Positions 29,195 to 38,754 of a DNA stretch of 64,000 bases are shown piece after piece (position 1 is the stretch's first letter; every line of letters begins with the position of its first letter). The DNA comes from Thermodesulfobacteriota bacterium. Its GTDB lineage: Bacteria; Desulfobacterota_D; UBA1144; Nemesobacterales; UBA2774. The DNA is taken from the NCBI GenBank assembly GCA_963422265.1, contig OY729416.1, positions 512,001 through 576,000 on the forward strand, in the 5' to 3' direction. The notes beneath the pieces were generated by a model that was not told the DNA's origin, did not search any database, and saw nothing but the letters and a program-made list of their open reading frames with translations. Both the position numbers and the translations under genes were made by a program.

Positions 29195-30724
29195 ATGAGA
29201 AAATCAGGAACCGTCTATCTAATTGGCGCAGGTCCTGGCGACCCTGAGCTAATCACCATAAAAGGTAAAGAGATACTTAAAAAAGCAGACGTTATAGTAT
29301 ATGACTATCTGGTAAATCCAGAACTACTTAGACACTCTAAGGATGGATCAGAAGTAATCTACGTTGGGAAAAAAGCGGGACAGAAAGCGCTCTCGCAGTC
29401 AGATATAAATAAGTTGCTAATTAAGAAGGTTAAAAAGGTTAAAGTAGTTGCAAGGCTTAAAGGAGGGGACCCCTTTATTTTTGGTAGGGGTGGAGAGGAA
29501 GTTGAATCGCTTGTAAAAAACGGTATTGATATAAGCATCGTTCCTGGCGTAACTTCGGCTTCTGCCGTGCCATCATACGCTGGCATTCCTTTAACTCATA
29601 GAGACATAACCTCCTCATTTGCAGTCGTTACTGGTCACGAGAATCCTACGAAGGATGAATCTAATATTCCGTGGAGGTCTCTCTCTAACATAGGAACGCT
29701 GGTTTTTTTAATGGGAGTTAAGAATCTAAAAGAGAATATGAATAAACTTATAGACAGTGGAAAGCCAGCGCGTACGCCTGCTGCCGTTATTACATGGGGC
29801 ACCTATCCTTTTCAGACGACGGTTACGGGCACCATAGGGGACATAGCTGAGGTTATAAAACGTAGAAAAGATATAGCTTCTCCCGCAGTCACTATAGTAG
29901 GCGATGTTGTTGGGATAAGAGAGATAGCAAATTGGTATGAGTCAAGACCTCTTTTTGGAAAGAGAGTAGTAGTAACAAGAGCAGAGGAGCAAGCGACCCC
30001 GTTTGTAAAATTACTCTCTGACAAGGGAGCGAACGTAATTGAGTTTCCCACTATTGAGATTAAGCCTCCTAAGAGTTTCAAAAAACTAGATGAAGCTATA
30101 TATAGGATTAAGGAATACGACTGGATTATTTTTACAAGTCTAAACGGAGTCAACAATTTCTTCAAAAGGTTTATAGAGTTGAAAAAAGATATAAGAGAGC
30201 TTTACAATATTAGCATTGCTGCAATAGGACAGAAAACCGCGAATTCTATTGAAGAAATGAGTATAAAAGTGGAAATGATTCCCGATGAATATGTAACGGA
30301 GAGTCTTATTGACAGTTTTAGAAGTATAGGAATCGAGGAAAAAAAAATCCTCATTCCTAGGGCAAAGGTCGCAAGGAACTTACTACCCACAACCCTTGAA
30401 AAACTAGGAGCGATTGTTGACGTAGTGACCTGTTATGAAACCGGGAAACCGCAAAAGGAAGCGCCTCAAAAACTAAGTAAGATGCTTAAAAACTCACAGA
30501 TTGACGTTATCACCTTTACAAGCCCTTCAACCGCTACAAATTTTCTCTCCTTAGTGGACTACATTCCCGCTAAAACGTTAATAGCGTGCATAGGCCCAAT
30601 AACTGCTAGCGCAGTAAAAAAACTAGGTCATAAAGCTAGTATTGTCCCCTCTAAATATACTATTGAAAACCTCGCCGAAGAGATCTCGAATCATTTAGGG
30701 AAACCAAGAGCTAGGAAAGGATAG
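29195..30724 (+). CDS. cobA/hemD: Fused uroporphyrinogen-III C-methyltransferase / uroporphyrinogen-III synthase
   Basis: GAGPGDPELIT, RLKGGDPFIFGRGGEE, then a HemD domain (VVVTR, IFTSLNGV, AIGQKT, FTSPST). Confidence 0.93.
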   Translation: MRKSGTVYLIGAGPGDPELITIKGKEILKKADVIVYDYLVNPELLRHSKDGSEVIYVGKKAGQKALSQSDINKLLIKKVKKVKVVARLKGGDPFIFGRGGEEVESLVKNGIDISIVPGVTSASAVPSYAGIPLTHRDITSSFAVVTGHENPTKDESNIPWRSLSNIGTLVFLMGVKNLKENMNKLIDSGKPARTPAAVITWGTYPFQTTVTGTIGDIAEVIKRRKDIASPAVTIVGDVVGIREIANWYESRPLFGKRVVVTRAEEQATPFVKLLSDKGANVIEFPTIEIKPPKSFKKLDEAIYRIKEYDWIIFTSLNGVNNFFKRFIELKKDIRELYNISIAAIGQKTANSIEEMSIKVEMIPDEYVTESLIDSFRSIGIEEKKILIPRAKVARNLLPTTLEKLGAIVDVVTCYETGKPQKEAPQKLSKMLKNSQIDVITFTSPSTATNFLSLVDYIPAKTLIACIGPITASAVKKLGHKASIVPSKYTIENLAEEISNHLGKPRARKG

Positions 30725-31453
30725 ATGCCCAGGTTTCCCGTAAGCCATAATCAAATAAACGATAACGTAGCCACGATATTGGGAGATGATTATAGGCACG
30801 TAGTAAAGGTTTTAAGGCTGGGTAAAGGGGATAGGCTTACCCTTTTTGATTCAAATTCAGTTGAGCACTATGGGTTAATAGAAAGTATCGGAAAAAGAGA
30901 AGTTGTAGTGCGTATTGCTGAGTCGCGCGCGGTTGATACCGATCCCCTTATAAACATTACTCTGCTTCAAGGGATGGCTAAGGGTGATAAGATGGACTAT
31001 GTAGTTGAAAAAGCGACCGAGTTGGGAGTAAACACAATAGTTCCCGTTATAACTGAGAGATCTCAAACAAGGAATACTAATAGGGTGGAAAGATGGCGGC
31101 GTATTGCGGTTGAAGCGTCTAAGCAATGTGGTAGAACAAAACCTACGGTTTTAGAAGATACCTTAGATTTTAAGACTGCAATTAATATATACTATAATAA
31201 CAGAGGGTTGTCAATCATACTCCATGTCGATTGTGAGCTATCAGTCAAGGATTATTTTGGGCAGCCTTTACCGCTTTCGCACAATAATATAACGATACTC
31301 GTCGGGCCGGAGGGTGGATTGACTGAAAAAGAAATACTCCTTGCCAAAGAAATGGACTTTATTCCTCTAGGCATAGGTCCTAGAATTCTTAGAACTGAGA
31401 CGGCGAGTCTAACAATCCTTTCAATCGTTCAGTTTCTATATGGAGATCTGTAG
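30725..31453 (+). CDS. rsmE: 16S rRNA m3U1498 methyltransferase
   Basis: HVVKVLR, KATELGV, EASKQCGR, VGPEGG, GPRILRTETA. Confidence 0.95.
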   Translation: MPRFPVSHNQINDNVATILGDDYRHVVKVLRLGKGDRLTLFDSNSVEHYGLIESIGKREVVVRIAESRAVDTDPLINITLLQGMAKGDKMDYVVEKATELGVNTIVPVITERSQTRNTNRVERWRRIAVEASKQCGRTKPTVLEDTLDFKTAINIYYNNRGLSIILHVDCELSVKDYFGQPLPLSHNNITILVGPEGGLTEKEILLAKEMDFIPLGIGPRILRTETASLTILSIVQFLYGDL

Positions 31454-31480
31454 TTTTCCCACTACTAAAGAGAACAAGTG

Positions 31481-32797
31481 TTAATTAAGTATTTTAGGCT
31501 TGGCTAAGTTTGAAAAAAGAATAGCCGACAGAATAATGAGAAATAAAAGTCCTAGTGCTCCAAATTGCAAGTAGTTTTCACCTTCACCTACTATATTAAG
31601 CCATTTTTGTTTCTTAAACTCTATTTGTATCCTGTGCCCGGGTTTAAGCTCAGTGCCAGACCATTTTAGAAAGTTTTGGTTATCAATTATGACAGGCTCA
31701 CCAGTGCTGAGTCCCTTTACGGATACGGTGCCCTCAAAACCTGAAATGAGGAGCAAAAAATGACCCGTTGGGTAATCAATTACTTTTTCTACATAGGTAT
31801 CTCCTGATTCTAAACTCAGTGAGTAAGTGTAAACTACCCTTCTCTCTCCAGGAATGACGCTTGAAGTGTCGGAAAAGCCAATATCCGTTCCAACCGTGCT
31901 ATTCAATGATATACCGTGAATCAGCTTAAAATCCCTTGCGTTGTCAGGCGTGCTAAACTTCAGGGTCTCTTTTCTACCGTCTTCAAGGACTTTATCTCCA
32001 ATATAGACTGTATTGTCACTGTTGGCATAGACCGAAAAATCGGCGATGGAGATGGTGTCTTCAATTATCTTCGCAATCATATGCGATTCGGGTACTTCTA
32101 TATTTTCATCGCTTGAGGTGGGCTCGTAGATTGGCAGATCAATTTCAATATTATCCATCCCTGGGCTGAAAACCATCTTATCCGTTGAGTACCGCGCTCC
32201 GCCGTATTCAAGCGTTATAGAGTAGCTTCTATCCCACGGCAGATCGTCGAACATAAAATTTCCATTCTTATCTGTTTTTACGCTTCTCTGAGCAGTGGGT
32301 TTATCGCCCATGAAGAAATTAAGAAATACTTCAACATCGGGTGCTTTCTCGCCGAGTGTTTTATTTATGGCGGTTCCTTTAATTATTCCTTTTGACGTAG
32401 CTTCCCGAGAAGTTTTTACGGACAAAAGGTAGTCAGCTATCTTTTCTGCTACGGCAGGGGCTACGTTAAGTGGAGGCATTTGAGGGTATCCTTCGTTTAT
32501 GGGCACTTTACCCCTCGATTGATAGATTAACTGCGGGTTTTCAATCCATTTTACTATCTCTTCTCTTGAATATCTGTTTTCTACTCCGAATAAGTCTGGC
32601 CCCACAAACCTTCCCCTTCCTATCGTATGACACCTAACGCACTTATGCTGTATGAAAAGTTCTTTTCCCGACGGAGAAGCGTGTTTTTTTTCCTCCTCAG
32701 CCACAAGAGGTTGTATGGCAAAGAGGTTTAAGCACAATGCCAACAATAAGATTAAAACAGAGGTTTGTTGCCTAAGCGTGTTTGTAATTCTAGTCAT
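31481..32797 (-). CDS. Membrane-anchored c-type cytochrome with C-terminal beta-sandwich domains
   Basis: Signal peptide, CVRCH heme motif, GPDL, distal Met candidate (PQMPP), a carboxypeptidase-regulatory-like segment (TDKNGNFMF) and a C-terminal TM helix. Confidence 0.8.
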   Translation of the reverse strand: MTRITNTLRQQTSVLILLLALCLNLFAIQPLVAEEEKKHASPSGKELFIQHKCVRCHTIGRGRFVGPDLFGVENRYSREEIVKWIENPQLIYQSRGKVPINEGYPQMPPLNVAPAVAEKIADYLLSVKTSREATSKGIIKGTAINKTLGEKAPDVEVFLNFFMGDKPTAQRSVKTDKNGNFMFDDLPWDRSYSITLEYGGARYSTDKMVFSPGMDNIEIDLPIYEPTSSDENIEVPESHMIAKIIEDTISIADFSVYANSDNTVYIGDKVLEDGRKETLKFSTPDNARDFKLIHGISLNSTVGTDIGFSDTSSVIPGERRVVYTYSLSLESGDTYVEKVIDYPTGHFLLLISGFEGTVSVKGLSTGEPVIIDNQNFLKWSGTELKPGHRIQIEFKKQKWLNIVGEGENYLQFGALGLLFLIILSAILFSNLAKPKILN

Positions 32798-32892
32798 CTT
32801 CTAGATCAATCTGGCATTGTGAACCAAATATCCTCTTGTCTATGCGAGGCGCTAAGCTACAGCTAAGACACGTGTTTTGTATTGAAGCATGC

Positions 32893-33222
32893 CTAGCTTT
32901 CTCTATAGTCCCGCCCTTTATTTATATTGTCAATTTCCTTTAGCGTCTTCGATGCTTCGAGCTTATATTGTTCTGCTAACTCCTTGTAATCTTTAAGGGA
33001 TAGCTTTCCTAAGCTATAATCAAACTCTATATCTTTTATTGCGGTATAGAGAGACTCTTTACGGTCTTTAAGTATTCTCAATTTATTAGAAATAGGGCTA
33101 TCTTGAACTTCTTGAGCACTTTTGTCCGTTTTGTCCTCACGTTTATGACCAACTGATAGGAAGGGTAGTGATATAAAAAGAGCTACTCCTCCTGCTATAA
33201 TGAAGATTAGTATTGTTTCCAC
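32893..33222 (-). CDS. ccm-associated single-TM coiled-coil protein, probably frameshift-truncated
   Basis: GTG start at 33222 after AAGGGA. TM helix followed by LYTAIKDIEFDYSLGKLS..DY. A shifted frame continues into CLSC...SQC. Confidence 0.6.
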   Translation of the reverse strand: METILIFIIAGGVALFISLPFLSVGHKREDKTDKSAQEVQDSPISNKLRILKDRKESLYTAIKDIEFDYSLGKLSLKDYKELAEQYKLEASKTLKEIDNINKGRDYRES

Positions 33223-33322
33223 AAGCTTATATCCCTTTAATCTAAATAAAGAACCCGTCAGTTGAGAAGTTACTACACACTTCTCTCTTTGCCAATCGCG
33301 TGTGACTGTGGCGTGCCTCTTT

Positions 33323-35272
33323 CTATTCTCTTCTTGAGCTAGGATATATTGTAACAATTGCTCCTAGAAGGATTACAATACCACCTGCCCATATCCAACT
33401 TACCATTGGGTTTATAAACACCCTGAATGTAGCTTTATCATCGTGTGTGAAATTAGTTAGTATTATGTAAACGTCGTCCGTTAACGTAGATAGTAACGCG
33501 ACCTCAGTTTCCTGGTTTATTTCACGATTACCTTCGTATTTATATATGTTCTTCTCGGCAGTGAGGGTCGTCATCTCTTTTCCCTGTTTATAAGCTACAA
33601 GTTCCGCCGCTGTTGCGTCTTTGGCCCCCGTGGAGTAGCGTTTAAGGTTCTCATATTTAATCGTATAGTCCCTTATTTGGAGCGCCTCGCCTCGCCCAAG
33701 AGTCGCTTTTCTTTCAGTTGCAAACACCGAAGAGGCTGTTATGCCAATTACGATAAGCACAACGCCTATATGGACTATGTATCCTCCGTATCTCCTCTTA
33801 TTTCTTGATACTAGGCGAACGAGTGCTAGTAATGCATTCTCTCCCCTTTTGCTTCTTACCCTAACCCCTCTATAGAATTCAATAAATACCGTTGTAGTTA
33901 CAAAGGTGCACAATGTAAAGGCTAGTATCGCCTTAACCTCTCTTATCCCTATAGCTGTAAGTATAACCACGGTAATCAATCCCATTAAAATAGGATAAAG
34001 GAAGTTCTTAAAAAGATTTTCCTTTGACGCTTTTCTCCACGAGATTAAGGGTGCTACACCCATAAGTAATATAAGTAAGAGACCTATTGGAACGTTTACG
34101 TGATTAAAGTAAGGAGAGCCTACTAGTATTTTATTGCCTGTTAAAGCCTCTGAAACTATAGGAAAAATAGTTCCTAGAAGCACAGCGAACGCCGCGCCTA
34201 AGAATAACAGGTTATTTAATATAAAAGCGCTCTCGCGCGATAGTATTGAATCGAAGCGGTTTTCTGACTCGATGTCTTTTAACCTATAAATAAACATGCC
34301 AAAGGAGAAGAGAAGTATAAACGCTATAAATCCAAGGAATAAAGGTCCTATATCGGATTGAGCGAATGAATGGACTGATGAGACAATTCCGCTTCTAGTA
34401 AGGAACGTGCCGAATATAGAAAGAAAGAAAGTGATTATTATAAGGCTCATATTCCATTTCTTGAGCATGCCTCTTTTCTCTTGGATCATAACGGAGTGAA
34501 GAAAAGCCGTTCCCGTAAGCCAGGGCATAAAGGCGGCGTTTTCAACAGGGTCCCATGCCCAATACCCCCCCCAGCCGAGCTCAAGATAAGCCCATCTAGC
34601 CCCTAGGAGAAGACCGATACTGAGAAACGTCCATGTTAGCATCGTCCATTTTCTCGAATATGTGACCCATTCATCTCCTAATTTTCCGCTCAGAAGCGCT
34701 CCCATTCCGAAGGCGAAGGGAACTGTAACACCTACATAGCCCAGATAAAGGGCAACGGGATGAATAGCCATGTAAGCGTTCTGGAGAATAGGATTAAGCC
34801 CCCTTCCTTCTTGTGGGGTAAAGGGGAGTTTCTGAAACGGGTTTTCTACAAAAGCTATTATAAAAATGAAGAAGATAGATACTGCCGTGAGCGTTGCGAG
34901 CACGTAGGGCATTAGTTGTCTTGATCTGTTTCTATTTTGGATAACGACTACAGACGTATATATTGAAAGTACTAGACACCAAAGTAGAAGGGAGCCTGCC
35001 TGTCCAGCCCAGAGGGATGTAAAACGGTAGATTTTCGAAAGGTCAGTGCTGGTATTCAGCGCTACGTATTTTAGGCTAAAGTCTAGGCTGATTAAGGAAT
35101 TAAGGAGGGCTATCGTAGCTATAAGCAATAGAGCGCATACCGCTATTGCCCCATTCTCTGCACTCTTTATGAAGTCTTTTCTTTGAGACTTTGCGCCGTA
35201 TAAAGAAGCGAAAAGCACGTAAGTGGAAATTGCAAACGCAAGTAGTATAGAGATACTGCCGGTCTCAACCAT
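33323..35272 (-). CDS. ccmF: Cytochrome c heme lyase CcmF
   Basis: WAGQAGS, GLNPILQ, IHP, WAYLELGWGGYWAWDPVENA, SVHSFA. Confidence 0.96.
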   Translation of the reverse strand: MVETGSISILLAFAISTYVLFASLYGAKSQRKDFIKSAENGAIAVCALLLIATIALLNSLISLDFSLKYVALNTSTDLSKIYRFTSLWAGQAGSLLLWCLVLSIYTSVVVIQNRNRSRQLMPYVLATLTAVSIFFIFIIAFVENPFQKLPFTPQEGRGLNPILQNAYMAIHPVALYLGYVGVTVPFAFGMGALLSGKLGDEWVTYSRKWTMLTWTFLSIGLLLGARWAYLELGWGGYWAWDPVENAAFMPWLTGTAFLHSVMIQEKRGMLKKWNMSLIIITFFLSIFGTFLTRSGIVSSVHSFAQSDIGPLFLGFIAFILLFSFGMFIYRLKDIESENRFDSILSRESAFILNNLLFLGAAFAVLLGTIFPIVSEALTGNKILVGSPYFNHVNVPIGLLLILLMGVAPLISWRKASKENLFKNFLYPILMGLITVVILTAIGIREVKAILAFTLCTFVTTTVFIEFYRGVRVRSKRGENALLALVRLVSRNKRRYGGYIVHIGVVLIVIGITASSVFATERKATLGRGEALQIRDYTIKYENLKRYSTGAKDATAAELVAYKQGKEMTTLTAEKNIYKYEGNREINQETEVALLSTLTDDVYIILTNFTHDDKATFRVFINPMVSWIWAGGIVILLGAIVTIYPSSRRE

Positions 35273-35688
35273 TAATAAGAATCTTCCTTTTCATAGAGAG
35301 CACTTGCGTCTTCATACTTTGTAGGACACTTAGCTAAAAGCGTATCTGCCTCAAACATTTTCTCTTTCGTGTATATACCTTCAACTACCGCCTCGACTTC
35401 GTCCGCGAATATATCAGGAACAATACCGTTATACGCTACGTTAATCGTTTCAATGGAATCCGTGATTTGAAACCGAATTGAGCCGACGTCATCCTCAACT
35501 ATGGTATCGGGAACAACTACTCCCGATACCCTTACCCTTGCCTTGTGAACCTGAGGCACCCTTTCTACAAGCTCTTCAATACTTAGATAATAAACCATTG
35601 CTTCTTTAGCTCCACTATAAACTAAATAGCTTATCGTTAGCGTTATCACGCATATCGCTATAGCAAATTTTAGTTTTCCCTTTAGCAT
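35272..35688 (-). CDS. ccmE: Heme chaperone CcmE (CxxxY variant)
   Basis: N-terminal TM, YY, RVSGVV, PDIF and AKCPTKY (the Cys-type heme-binding motif of System I*). Confidence 0.93.
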   Translation of the reverse strand: MLKGKLKFAIAICVITLTISYLVYSGAKEAMVYYLSIEELVERVPQVHKARVRVSGVVVPDTIVEDDVGSIRFQITDSIETINVAYNGIVPDIFADEVEAVVEGIYTKEKMFEADTLLAKCPTKYEDASALYEKEDSY

Positions 35689-35737
35689 AGCTTAAATTCT
35701 CTTCGTGTCCCTTTTTCTGCAACGAACGCCAAAAATG

Positions 35738-36385
35738 TTATTTTAGCAAGTCAAGTTCTTTGTTAAGCTTTCTATTTTTTCTTAGTAGATCATAAATATA
35801 GATTAACAGTACTATCCAAACAACCGAATGTCCCCAGAATAAATAGTCTAGCCTTAGTGGGTGAGTATGCAATACGATATCATCAATCCACACTCTACCC
35901 TTGCCGTCCACAACCATATTAAGATTTATACTCTCTGGATTCATCCCTTTATCGATATAAAGTAGAGTGTCCACTGATTTCCAATCAGTTGTTCCTGTGA
36001 GGGGGACTCTAGGACCCCGAGCTATGAGTTCCTCCCCATCTGCAAAACGCACTACCATTTCAATGTATGCAATCCCTTTGTTATTGTGACCACTTATAAG
36101 GTTTTGCACTCGCATCTTGGCTTTGTATTTAACTCTAGTGTTACCAACGTCTATGTCAGTCAGCTTATAAAGCTCAACCCTTGTAAAACCTTGGGATTCG
36201 AGCGATAGAGAGCCATTACCATCGGTTGTGTTTTCGGTGTCCAAAGACACTACGGACTTTGCTACTAATTCGTAGCGAGAGGAAATCGGCAATTCCCAGT
36301 ATCCCTCTTGAACCGCGGAGCTATAACCACATCCTATCAACGTGATCAGAATAGATACGGATAATACTGTTAAGCTTATTTGCAT
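35738..36385 (-). CDS. Lipoprotein-like domain fused to a C-terminal CcmD-like helix
   Basis: Sits between ccmC and ccmE. Lipobox LIGC; C-terminal DYLFWGHSVVWIVLLIYIYDLLRKNRKLNKELDLLK fits the CcmD pattern. Confidence 0.6.
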   Translation of the reverse strand: MQISLTVLSVSILITLIGCGYSSAVQEGYWELPISSRYELVAKSVVSLDTENTTDGNGSLSLESQGFTRVELYKLTDIDVGNTRVKYKAKMRVQNLISGHNNKGIAYIEMVVRFADGEELIARGPRVPLTGTTDWKSVDTLLYIDKGMNPESINLNMVVDGKGRVWIDDIVLHTHPLRLDYLFWGHSVVWIVLLIYIYDLLRKNRKLNKELDLLK

Positions 36386-36421
36386 GTTTAGGGCAACAAT
36401 CCGAGTCTAATTATAAGATAT

Positions 36422-37087
36422 TTAACGTTCGCTTAGCTTTAGCTTCTCCAGCTTATCGCTCATTCGCATAAGGTCTAATCGCTCTATAAGCAATAGAAGA
36501 AACAAAAGGGAAAACGCTAGCATACTTACAAGCAGCGCGTTCATCATCTCAGGAGCAATACCTCCCCCGCCTGGACCGAATACTACCGGCGATATACCTC
36601 TCATCACCCTAACGGACATATATACTAAGGGAAGATCAATAAAAGCTATTATTGCGAATATAGCTGCGTATTTTGACTTTTTGGCATCATTCCCTGCCGA
36701 GGAGTGCAAAATGAGATAAACTATATAGAGAATCCAAAGTATAAAGGTCGTTGTCAACTGAGGATCCCACGTCCACCACGTGCCCCAGATGGGTTTAGCC
36801 CATATACTACCTGTTATTATTGTGATAGTGAGGAATAATACGCCGAGTTCGGCTGAACAGTAGGCAAGCGTATCCCACTTGCGCGACGATTTCCAAAGGT
36901 GCATAATGCTTGAAACAAAAACAATTATGAATCCTATGGTGGCGACCCATACCGAGCCTATATGAAAGTAAAAGATCCTTTGTATATGTCCCATTTTAGT
37001 TTCTGTAGGGGCATATATAAAAGCCATATACATTGCAGCCAGCATCGCTACGAAAGTTGAGATAACCAGTATTGCTCTGTTTCTAAT
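36422..37087 (-). CDS. ccmC: Heme exporter CcmC (start uncertain: ATT 37087 or ATG 37045)
   Basis: QRIFYFH and GSIWAKPIWGTWWTWDP (WWD motif). Confidence 0.92.
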   Translation of the reverse strand: MRNRAILVISTFVAMLAAMYMAFIYAPTETKMGHIQRIFYFHIGSVWVATIGFIIVFVSSIMHLWKSSRKWDTLAYCSAELGVLFLTITIITGSIWAKPIWGTWWTWDPQLTTTFILWILYIVYLILHSSAGNDAKKSKYAAIFAIIAFIDLPLVYMSVRVMRGISPVVFGPGGGGIAPEMMNALLVSMLAFSLLFLLLLIERLDLMRMSDKLEKLKLSER

Positions 37088-37106
37088 TAGCGTTCTCCTA
37101 TATTTA

Positions 37107-37775
37107 TTATTCTTCCACTACGTATTCGAATGCCACTGCGCACACTGTAATAAAAATTATATCAAATGCTATAAGGAGCTTTAAGGCGGAGGGAGCTGAG
37201 AATATTGACTCCCCCTTCAATATGGTGCTGCTTAGCTTAACTGCACTAACGATAAGTGGAATTACTATTGGAAAGGTGAGTATGGGAAGCAGCACTTCTC
37301 TTAGTTTTGTATTTAGTGCTATAGCGGAGAAAAGGGTACCCACGGCGACGAAACCTAGCGAGCCCAGGAATATGATGGGCATCAAAGGCAATAGAGATTG
37401 CGCGAAGCTAAAGTTAAAAAATAAAATAAACATCGGTATCATAATTACGCCTACGATAAAAACGAAAATCGTGTTGCTGATCAGTTTCCCAAAGTATATA
37501 AGGCTTCTATCTGTAGGCGTAAGCAAAATCCCTAGTATAGCACCACCCTCCTTTTCAAGAGCAAAAGAACGACTCAGACCAAGTATGCCTGCAAATGTAA
37601 ATGCTATCCATAACATTGCCGGGGCAGCTAGATTGATTATTTCTACGGAAAACCCGAAAGCAAAACTAAATATTACTATCACGAGCAGGGTAAAGGTAAG
37701 CATAGAAGTAAATAACTCCTTGGTTCTCAGCTCGGTTACAACGTCCTTAGATACAATCGCCCACAGTTTTTTCAT
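37107..37775 (-). CDS. ccmB: Heme exporter permease CcmB
   Basis: KDVVTELR, SRSFALEKEGG, REVLLPILTFP, FEYVVEE, about six TM helices. Confidence 0.92.
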   Translation of the reverse strand: MKKLWAIVSKDVVTELRTKELFTSMLTFTLLVIVIFSFAFGFSVEIINLAAPAMLWIAFTFAGILGLSRSFALEKEGGAILGILLTPTDRSLIYFGKLISNTIFVFIVGVIMIPMFILFFNFSFAQSLLPLMPIIFLGSLGFVAVGTLFSAIALNTKLREVLLPILTFPIVIPLIVSAVKLSSTILKGESIFSAPSALKLLIAFDIIFITVCAVAFEYVVEE

Positions 37776-37799
37776 GGCTTATATGCGGCAAAAAGATTT

Positions 37800-37808
37800 A
37801 TTATAACA
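37800..37808 (-). promoter_or_regulatory. Putative extended -10 promoter (TGtTATAAT) for ccmB onwards
   Basis: Minus-strand TGTTATAAT about 25 nt upstream of the ccmB ATG. Confidence 0.4.
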
Positions 37809-37974
37809 GATTGAGATTAGGTGGTATTGAAATCAGCACAAAGGGCGGTAATCAAAAAGCTTAGCAACGCCTATTATGTCCAAAGAAATTGGTATGACTT
37901 GCTGAGATGTAACTTTTATAGATCATCTTCAAACCTCACGTTTTTTTAATCTTTTAATTGTCAATGTATTTCTC

Positions 37975-38742
37975 CTAATCAACTATTTTGCAACGGGCTG
38001 AAGTAATTAAGCAAATACTGTTATAGTTATCAGCAGTCTCAAAACCGAATAGCCATATGAGGTAATTCTCATCCCTTTTCTCGAAAAAGATCAAATCAAC
38101 CGGTTTATCCGTGTGCCGTTGCCACTGGCGGAATGGGTAATACATCTGCCGGATTATCACGTTGTCAGTTGAAGAATTCTTTGCTTCAACTAACAAAATT
38201 CTATTTCTACCTTCATATCCAGCATCAACCTCTGTCTGAACGCTCCTTACATTAAGAGTTTGCCTATATTTGCCAACCGAGAATGAAAATTCAGGAGTGT
38301 ATTTGCGCCCACGTATAGTCAAGATGAGCGTGTCATCATCCATAAAACTACGAATTAAACTTGTGGCATAAGCATAGTCCAAGTGCTGCATCTCAGAATT
38401 GCCAATATTCGTAGTATCGGGAGAAAAGGAGAGTTTTGATTTATAAATGATAAATTCGCTCTTTATATCTGGAATCTCAACGTAGCCTTCCCCTTCAATA
38501 ATAACGTACTCACCATTTTTGATTGGAAGTATAAAAAGACCATTTTCTCTAAAAACTTCAGGACGATCCTCACGAGAATCCTGCTTGCATAAAATACGGA
38601 CTTCCTTGTCTGAGGTTTGAGTGAACCCCTGACAGGACTTTTTTATTTGAGCACTGGTGATACTGAAAGGAGAATGCGAGAAGTCATGGTTTGTAATATC
38701 ATAATCTCTAAAAATTTTCCGCCATGATCTATCCGAAGTCAT
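37975..38742 (-). CDS. Putative type II restriction endonuclease (PD-(D/E)xK fold)
   Basis: QTEVDAGYEG...LLVEAK...IIRQMYYP catalytic-type motif, directly downstream of a DNA methyltransferase. Confidence 0.72.
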   Translation of the reverse strand: MTSDRSWRKIFRDYDITNHDFSHSPFSITSAQIKKSCQGFTQTSDKEVRILCKQDSREDRPEVFRENGLFILPIKNGEYVIIEGEGYVEIPDIKSEFIIYKSKLSFSPDTTNIGNSEMQHLDYAYATSLIRSFMDDDTLILTIRGRKYTPEFSFSVGKYRQTLNVRSVQTEVDAGYEGRNRILLVEAKNSSTDNVIIRQMYYPFRQWQRHTDKPVDLIFFEKRDENYLIWLFGFETADNYNSICLITSARCKIVD

Positions 38743-38754
38743 AGGAGTGATCTC

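Noticed and set aside
33223-33357. N-terminal extension of ORF 32893..33357
   Set aside because: It overlaps the ccmF 3' end; GTG 33222 with an SD just before the TM helix is the better start.
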